22,473 bases of DNA from a virus, in the UHGV virus genome UHGV-1750711; one strand, written 5' to 3'. The first letter of the stretch is position 1. Every line of letters begins with the position of its first letter. The notes beneath the pieces are model-generated. The model saw only the letters and a list, made by a program, of their open reading frames with translations. It did no database searches and had not been told where the DNA came from. Shown here piece after piece: positions 16,769-22,473 of the stretch. Position numbers and translations under genes: made by a program.

Positions 16769-17719
16769 GTGAGTTCAGGTGCAAAGGTTATCTCGGCATT
16801 TATCCGGGAGACGGTTGCAGGCACTACGCCAGCAAGTGGTGACTGGAGTTTATTAAAACGCACAAGCTGGGGAGTAAAACCCACCCAGAATAAAAGCGAA
16901 AATAATGAGATTGGTGGCTCCCGGATGGCTCAGGGGGCGACGCCTGGCACTGTGGATGTCGGCGGTGATGTTGGTACCAAATTTCGCTGGGGTCAACATG
17001 ATGATTTTCTTGCATCCTGTTTCGGCGCGGAATGGTCAGGCGATTCTCTGACAATGGGGAATGAGCGAATAACATTTTCTCTGGCGACCTATGCGTCCGA
17101 TGTCGGAATTGCCTCTGTCGTCAGAGGAGCGCAGGTTGGCTCATGGAAAATGCAGATCCCTAACGACGGCGATATTACAGCGACCGTAACCTTTGCCGGA
17201 CTGGACTGGGAATCAAAGGCCGATGATACGAATTTTATCAAAGGCGAACCTGTGGATAGTGCAGGAAAGCTACGTTATTCGTTTAAGGAGGTTTCAGCAG
17301 TAAGCCTGAATGGTGTTGCCGGAGGTAACGGTTTTTGTATCGACAGTTTTGATATTCAGTTCGATAACAAACTCCAGACACAGCGTTGTATCGGGACTGG
17401 CTCGCCTTATGCAGGAGCAAATATTCCGACTACTTTTACACCGTCCGGTACGGTGACGCTTTCATGGTCTAAAGCCGCGTGGGAAATCTGGAGTAAAACA
17501 CTGACTGGAGAAACAGTTCCGTTCAGCTTCACGCTTTCGAATGGAGAGGGGGCATACACTTTCAGTTTCCCGAAGGTTCAGGTGTCAGGTGAATGGCCTG
17601 ATGGGGGTAATACCGACATTATCCAGGTTCAATTGAGCATTACCGCAGCAGATGAAGCACCTACGATAACCAGAAAAAAAAGCCTCCCCGGCTGCCGTGA
17701 TCGCAAAAGCCAGTGCTGA
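16769..17719 (+). CDS. Major tail (tube) protein
   Basis: GTG start with RBS TAGGAGG 5 nt upstream; 316 aa. Precedes the G/GT chaperone pair. The 3' end contains an A8 homopolymer, so the C-terminus is uncertain. Confidence 0.75.
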   Translation: MSSGAKVISAFIRETVAGTTPASGDWSLLKRTSWGVKPTQNKSENNEIGGSRMAQGATPGTVDVGGDVGTKFRWGQHDDFLASCFGAEWSGDSLTMGNERITFSLATYASDVGIASVVRGAQVGSWKMQIPNDGDITATVTFAGLDWESKADDTNFIKGEPVDSAGKLRYSFKEVSAVSLNGVAGGNGFCIDSFDIQFDNKLQTQRCIGTGSPYAGANIPTTFTPSGTVTLSWSKAAWEIWSKTLTGETVPFSFTLSNGEGAYTFSFPKVQVSGEWPDGGNTDIIQVQLSITAADEAPTITRKKSLPGCRDRKSQC

Positions 17720-17780
17720 GGCGATTAGTTGATTTTCCGTTATTCCTCCTGTGGTACTGCCCTACAGGGGGACGCATTGA

Positions 17781-18242
17781 ATGAGGTTATGGATGTTTAT
17801 TCTTAATCAGAAAATTATCATTGGTGGAGAACGCTGGTTTACGCCAATGAAGGACTTAAAACCTGTAGACGGGTTAAAACTGTTGGTGGCAAGCAGCGAT
17901 AACGATCAGTATCGCTCCCGTAATGCATTAATCCGTCGCCACATTGAGAAAATGGATGCCAGTTTGCACGTCGGAACGAAGGAGTTTGATATTTCAAAGG
18001 TTTCCGAGGTGGATTCTGTTGATGATTTACTCATTGATAATGCCGCTCGTTATCTGCTGAAAGACTGGAAAGGGGTTGGTGAACTGGTTAATGGTGTTGA
18101 GGTTGCACTGGAATATACGGCAGAACGAGGGATCGCGCTGCTTAAGCAGAATCCAGAGTTGTACTGGCAGATCCTTGCAGAAGCAGCCAGCATCGCCCAG
18201 GGTAAAGAGCAGCAGAAGCAGGATACGATAAAAAAGCCATAG
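17781..18242 (+). CDS. Tail assembly chaperone G
   Basis: 153-aa ORF between the major tail and tape measure genes. Ends ...DTIKKP* with a slippery heptamer just before the stop. Confidence 0.7.
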   Translation: MRLWMFILNQKIIIGGERWFTPMKDLKPVDGLKLLVASSDNDQYRSRNALIRRHIEKMDASLHVGTKEFDISKVSEVDSVDDLLIDNAARYLLKDWKGVGELVNGVEVALEYTAERGIALLKQNPELYWQILAEAASIAQGKEQQKQDTIKKP

Positions 18243-18550
18243 CTGCCCAGCGGTGGTTATCGGAGTTCGGGGGAGAAAGGGGGGAAAAGGCAAGATGGAA
18301 GCGAGAAAAACTCAGGTTGCCACCGATACCGGAACCAGAAATAGACCCGGTGCTTAAGGAGTTGTTGTACGCCTATTCGGTAATATCCCGTGCCCGACGT
18401 TATGCTGGAATGGCTGGGGTGCCTTTGCCTTTATCTCTGACAGAGATAAATGAATATTTAGCCACTCATCCGGTATTGATTGAGCGCGATGAATTTGAAG
18501 CAGTGATCTTTGCACTGGATGACCAGTATTTTCAGGAGCAGTGTGTGTAG
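17781..18550 (+). CDS. Tail assembly chaperone GT fusion made by -1 programmed ribosomal frameshift
   Basis: The -1 frame is open from the slippery site through 18550 (stop TAG at 18548-18550). This is the arrangement conserved between major tail and tape measure genes in siphophages. Confidence 0.6.
18230..18236 (+). other. Slippery heptanucleotide A-AAA-AAG (programmed -1 frameshift site)
   Basis: The zero-frame codons ATA-AAA-AAG contain the classic X-XXY-YYZ heptamer, 4 nt before the G stop codon. Confidence 0.65.
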
Positions 18551-18672
18551 TTGTTAATTACGTACACTCTGTTACAGAGATGTGATGGTGTCTTTAATTA
18601 AATCGATGATGCTCCTGGAGAAAAGCATTGCGTGGCCTCGTAATCGCTATATCTACTATTATGTCGCCTGAA

Positions 18673-18700
18673 ACCCACTTCGCGGTGGGTTTTTTGTTGT
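18673..18700 (+). terminator. Hairpin plus T-run immediately upstream of the tape-measure RBS (terminator/attenuator)
   Basis: ACCCAC-TTCGCG-GTGGGT followed by TTTTTGTTGT. Same motif family as the hairpins at 55 and 2072. Confidence 0.55.
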
Positions 18701-18715
18701 CAGGAGTTTTAATAA

Positions 18716-21700
18716 ATGGCAGAGCAAACCTCGCGTCTCGCAATAATTATTGATAGCACTGGAGCAAAAAATAATGCTGACAATCTGACCTCCTCATTAG
18801 TCAAAATGACGCAGGCCGGGGAAACTGCTGCAAATAGCGCAGGGAAAGTGACTAAGGCAACAGAAGATGAGAAGAACGCGCTCGCAAAATTAAAAGCAGC
18901 TATTGATCCAGTTGGTGCCGCAATTGATACTGTCGGTCGACGCTATTCTGAATTAAAGAAATTTTTCGATAAAGGGCTTATTGATAAAGAAGAATATGAA
19001 TTTCTTGTCCGTAAACTTAATGAAACCACAGAGGAATTGAGCGGGGTTGCGCAAGCGCAGAGAGAAGCCGAGAAGGCCGGAAAACTTGCTGCCGCCCAGC
19101 AGGAAGCGCAGGCTCAGGCCTTTCAAAGAATGCTGGACAAGATCGACCCTCTGGCTGCGGCGCTAAGAAATCTTGAACAACAGCAGGATGAACTTAATGC
19201 TGCGTTTGCATCCGGGAAAATAAATGGTTCTCAGTTTGAGAATTATAGCCGAAAAATACAGGAAACACGGCGAGAGCTTACCGGAGAGGCTCAGGCAGAG
19301 CGAGAAGCAGCAAAAGCGCATGATGAACAGGTTGCTGCTTTGCAACGTCTGATTGCTCAACTTGACCCTGTCGGAACTGCTTTTAATCGTCTGGTAGAAC
19401 AACAGAAACAGCTCAATGAAGCAAAAGCTAAGGGGATGCTCTCTCCTGAAATGTATGAGGAACTTTCTGGAAAACTTCGTGCTATGCGGAGTGAGCTTGA
19501 GGTTACTCAATCTCAATTAAGCAAAACCGGAATGTCGGCAAAACAAACGGCTTTTGCTATGCGCATGTTGCCTGCACAAATGACGGATATTGTTGTTGGG
19601 TTGTCCACTGGTCAGTCGCCTTTTATGGTGTTAATGCAGCAGGGCGGCCAGCTAAAAGATATGTTCGGTGGGATTGGCCCGGCGATCAAAGGTGTTGGTT
19701 CTTATGTGCTGGGATTAATTAATCCTTTTACCCTGGCCGCAGCAGCCGTTGGCGTCTTAGGGCTGGCTTACTATAAAGGCTCTCAGGAGCAGGACGAATT
19801 TAATAAATCTCTTATTCTTACCGGAAATCAGTTGGGGACAACCAGCGGGCAATTGGCCGATATAGCTCAACGTGCCGGGAATGCGGCTGATTCGACAACT
19901 GGCGCTGCGGCGGCAGTATTAAACCAGCTTGTGCGTTCGGGAAAGGTAGCGAGCAGTTCGCTGGAGCAAGTGACGACAGCGATAGTAAAAACGAGCGAAG
20001 TAACAGGAATATCAACCGAACAACTGGTTAATGACTTCAATGAAATTGCAAAGGATCCTGTCAGTGCCATATCAAAACTTAATGATCAGTACCATTTTCT
20101 GACAATTGCGACTTATAACCAGATTAAGGCGCTACAGGATGAAGGGAACCAGCAGGAGGCCGCCCGCATTGCGACAGAAGCATACTCATCCTCAATGATC
20201 CAGCGCACCAACCAGATTAAAGAAAATCTTGGTTATCTTGAGACTGCATGGAAAGCTGTCGCAGACTCCGCAAAATGGGCATGGGATTCCATGCTGGATA
20301 TTGGCCGTGAGGCCTCCCTTGATCAAAAAATCTCAGATGTTCTCCGTCAAATTGATGAAATAGAAAAAAATACCCGACCCGGAGTTTTCGGGTTAGGTGG
20401 CATTGGAGATGGCGGAGCTCAAAATAAAAGGCTGGCACGATTAAAGCAGCAATTGGGCGCACTTCAAGCAGAAAAAATTGCTCAGGACGTACTAAATTCA
20501 TCAATAAACGATTACAACAAGCGACAACAGGAAGGAATTGAACTCAGACAGAGAGCAGATGCCTTTTCAAAACAATATCAGACCCGGGAGCAGCAGAGAG
20601 CTAGTGAACTTGCAAAACTGGAAAAGCTAAAGAGTCAGTATTCAAAGGAAGAATATAATAATCTTATCGCTCAAATAAATGAGCGTTATAAAGATCCAAA
20701 GCAACCAAAGGCGAAAGGTTATTCGGATGATGCTGCCCAACGAATGATTGATCATCTGAATCAACAGAATGCGTTACTAAGTTCACAAACTGAATTAACC
20801 GTTAAATTAAGTTCCACTGAACAGGAACTGGTTAAGTGGCGTCAGCAGATTGCCAACCTGGAGTCACGACCGTCATCGAAATTAACCCAGGATCAGAAAT
20901 CGCTTCTCTTACACCGGGAAGAAATAACCGCGTTGATGGAGAAAAATGTTGCGATTGAAAAAAATAACAGGCTAATCAAGGAATCCGCCGAAATAGCTGC
21001 ATGGCGTGATTCATTGCAGGCTTCGATTGATAATCGTCAACAGGGGTATGATATTCAGATTGCTGGTTATGGGGTTGGCGATAAAAATCAGCAACGCCAG
21101 CAGGAATTACTGCGGATTGAACGTGAATATAACAATCAGCGTCTGCAACTTGAACGTGACTATGCAGATAAATCCCGTGGGATGTCAAATCATGTTTTTC
21201 AGGAGAAAATGCAGGCTCTGAATGATGCTCTGGAACGAGAAAAAGACATTGTCAGACAGAAAAACGAGCAGCTCGATATTCAGGCAGGAGACTGGGTTAG
21301 TGGTGCCTCCCAGGGATTCAATAACTGGCTGGATGACACTAAGGATATCAGTGAGCAGATAAAATCAACCACGACTCAGATGTTTGATGGAATGACCGAT
21401 GCGCTGGGTGATTTTGTCACGACAGGCAAGGCAAATTTTCGTTCTTTCGCTACTTCCGTGATTTCGGATCTTAGTCGAATAGCATTAAAGGCTTCAATTA
21501 CTGGGATTTTCGACAGCATTAGTAACAGTTCTTCTGGGGGGATTTTAGGAACTATCGGGAGTGCTATTAGTAAATTTATTCCGAATGCAAAGGGCGGTGT
21601 TTATGAGTCTCCGTCATTGAACATGTATTCGAACGGTATTTATGATTCCCCGCAATTTTTTGCTTTTGCAAAAGGGGCTGGTGTTTTTGGTGAGGCTGGT

Positions 21701-21949
21701 CCGGAAGCCATTATGCCATTAACACGAACTTCCGATGGTTCTCTTGGTGTCAGAGCTATTAATAGTAAAAGTGGTAATGGAGGCGGAGATATTACCTATG
21801 CCCCTGTATACCAAATCACTATTCAAAATGACGGCCAGAATGGAGAGATTGGCCCTCAGGCAATAAAAGCACTTATGGGGATGGTTGATCAGCGGGTGCA
21901 GGGCAATCTGTTAAATATGCGACGTGATGGGGGAATGTTAAGTGGCTAA
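18716..21949 (+). CDS. Tail tape measure protein
   Basis: 1077 aa. Coiled-coil-rich N-terminus with three tandem ~75-aa repeats, a hydrophobic Gly-rich central segment, and a C-terminal region. RBS CAGGAG. Lies between GT and tail protein M. Confidence 0.9.
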   Translation: MAEQTSRLAIIIDSTGAKNNADNLTSSLVKMTQAGETAANSAGKVTKATEDEKNALAKLKAAIDPVGAAIDTVGRRYSELKKFFDKGLIDKEEYEFLVRKLNETTEELSGVAQAQREAEKAGKLAAAQQEAQAQAFQRMLDKIDPLAAALRNLEQQQDELNAAFASGKINGSQFENYSRKIQETRRELTGEAQAEREAAKAHDEQVAALQRLIAQLDPVGTAFNRLVEQQKQLNEAKAKGMLSPEMYEELSGKLRAMRSELEVTQSQLSKTGMSAKQTAFAMRMLPAQMTDIVVGLSTGQSPFMVLMQQGGQLKDMFGGIGPAIKGVGSYVLGLINPFTLAAAAVGVLGLAYYKGSQEQDEFNKSLILTGNQLGTTSGQLADIAQRAGNAADSTTGAAAAVLNQLVRSGKVASSSLEQVTTAIVKTSEVTGISTEQLVNDFNEIAKDPVSAISKLNDQYHFLTIATYNQIKALQDEGNQQEAARIATEAYSSSMIQRTNQIKENLGYLETAWKAVADSAKWAWDSMLDIGREASLDQKISDVLRQIDEIEKNTRPGVFGLGGIGDGGAQNKRLARLKQQLGALQAEKIAQDVLNSSINDYNKRQQEGIELRQRADAFSKQYQTREQQRASELAKLEKLKSQYSKEEYNNLIAQINERYKDPKQPKAKGYSDDAAQRMIDHLNQQNALLSSQTELTVKLSSTEQELVKWRQQIANLESRPSSKLTQDQKSLLLHREEITALMEKNVAIEKNNRLIKESAEIAAWRDSLQASIDNRQQGYDIQIAGYGVGDKNQQRQQELLRIEREYNNQRLQLERDYADKSRGMSNHVFQEKMQALNDALEREKDIVRQKNEQLDIQAGDWVSGASQGFNNWLDDTKDISEQIKSTTTQMFDGMTDALGDFVTTGKANFRSFATSVISDLSRIALKASITGIFDSISNSSSGGILGTIGSAISKFIPNAKGGVYESPSLNMYSNGIYDSPQFFAFAKGAGVFGEAGPEAIMPLTRTSDGSLGVRAINSKSGNGGGDITYAPVYQITIQNDGQNGEIGPQAIKALMGMVDQRVQGNLLNMRRDGGMLSG

Positions 21950-22280
21950 TACGGAAGAATTTCACTGGTTACCAGAGGATGGAATGAAAACAGAAAATAA
22001 ACCATCGATAAAAACTGTAAGATTTGGCGATGGTTATGAGCAACGAAGTCCAAATGGACTTAATCATTCTCTGCGCGTTTTCACCTGTGATTTCAAAGTT
22101 GAGGCGAATGAACGTGATTCATTTGAAAAATTTTTAGCCCGGCATGAAGGCTATAAATCTTTTTTTTGGCGCCCGCCGGGTATTAACAGAAAAATCAGAG
22201 TGGTGTGTCGAACGTGGTCAGCGACAGAACATATCACCTATACCGATTTTTCGTGTCAGTTTGACGAAGTGGTGATCTGA
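21942..22280 (+). CDS. M: Minor tail protein M (lambda gpM-like)
   Basis: 112 aa. [16 protein letters not shown]...SFFWRPP...FDEVVI parallels lambda gpM (VRFGDGYSQRAPAGLN...FEQVVN) as I recall it. Confidence 0.85.
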   Translation: MANTEEFHWLPEDGMKTENKPSIKTVRFGDGYEQRSPNGLNHSLRVFTCDFKVEANERDSFEKFLARHEGYKSFFWRPPGINRKIRVVCRTWSATEHITYTDFSCQFDEVVI

Positions 22281-22473
22281 TGCAGGACATACAACAGGAA
22301 ACACTGAATGAATGCACCCGTGCGGAGCAGTCGGCCAGCGTGGTGCTCTGGGAAATCGACCTGACAGAGGTCGGTGGAGAACGTTATTTTTTCTGTAATG
22401 AGCAGAACGAAAAAGGTGAGCCGGTCACCTGGCAGGGGCGACAGTATCAGGCGTATCCCATTCAGGGGACGGG
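22280..22473 (+). CDS. L: Minor tail protein L (lambda gpL-like), 5' partial, runs off the window end
   Basis: Translation [63 protein letters not shown] is nearly identical to the lambda gpL N-terminus as I recall it. ATGA-coupled to M. Confidence 0.9.
   Translation, partial: MQDIQQETLNECTRAEQSASVVLWEIDLTEVGGERYFFCNEQNEKGEPVTWQGRQYQAYPIQGT

Noticed and set aside
18560-18670. 28-codon ORF (MVSLIKSMMLLEKSIAWPRNRYIYYYVA) between GT and the tape measure gene
   Set aside because: Too short and unsupported; the interval more likely holds the GT stop region and the terminator/attenuator.
19163-21221. Minus-strand and alternate-frame ORFs within the tape measure gene (19163-19516, 19818-20015, 19867-20070, 20217-20504, 20976-21188, 21006-21221)
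   Set aside because: Embedded within the single long tape measure ORF; no support.

Overview
The window reads as the late region of a lambdoid prophage of an enterobacterial host, with every supported gene on the + strand. In order: nin-region genes and a Q-family antiterminator (232-1987); a late-promoter leader carrying two tRNAs, Thr-UGU and Gly-UCC, and a tR'-like terminator (1988-2775); a phage-21-type lysis cassette of dual-start pinholin, SAR endolysin and an Rz/Rz1 spanin pair that appears disrupted by a ~35-nt deletion (3161-4299); an AT-rich trkG potassium-transporter moron (4437-5894); a translationally coupled ParB/Srx-like gene plus a GT-A-like gene with a DXD motif (6031-7744); then the packaging and morphogenesis module of terminase small and large subunits, portal, head morphogenesis, scaffold, capsid, connector and tail-completion proteins, major tail protein, G/GT chaperone with an A-AAA-AAG -1 frameshift site, tape measure, and lambda-like tail proteins M and L (L runs off the end). 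The layout matches the Rac prophage of E. coli K-12 (rzpR/rzoR-trkG-ynaK), but with the head and tail genes intact. The best candidate for an undescribed system is the ParB-like/GT-like pair between lysis and packaging; its function is inferred from motifs only. All calls rest on reading the sequence and recalled protein families; no database search was run.
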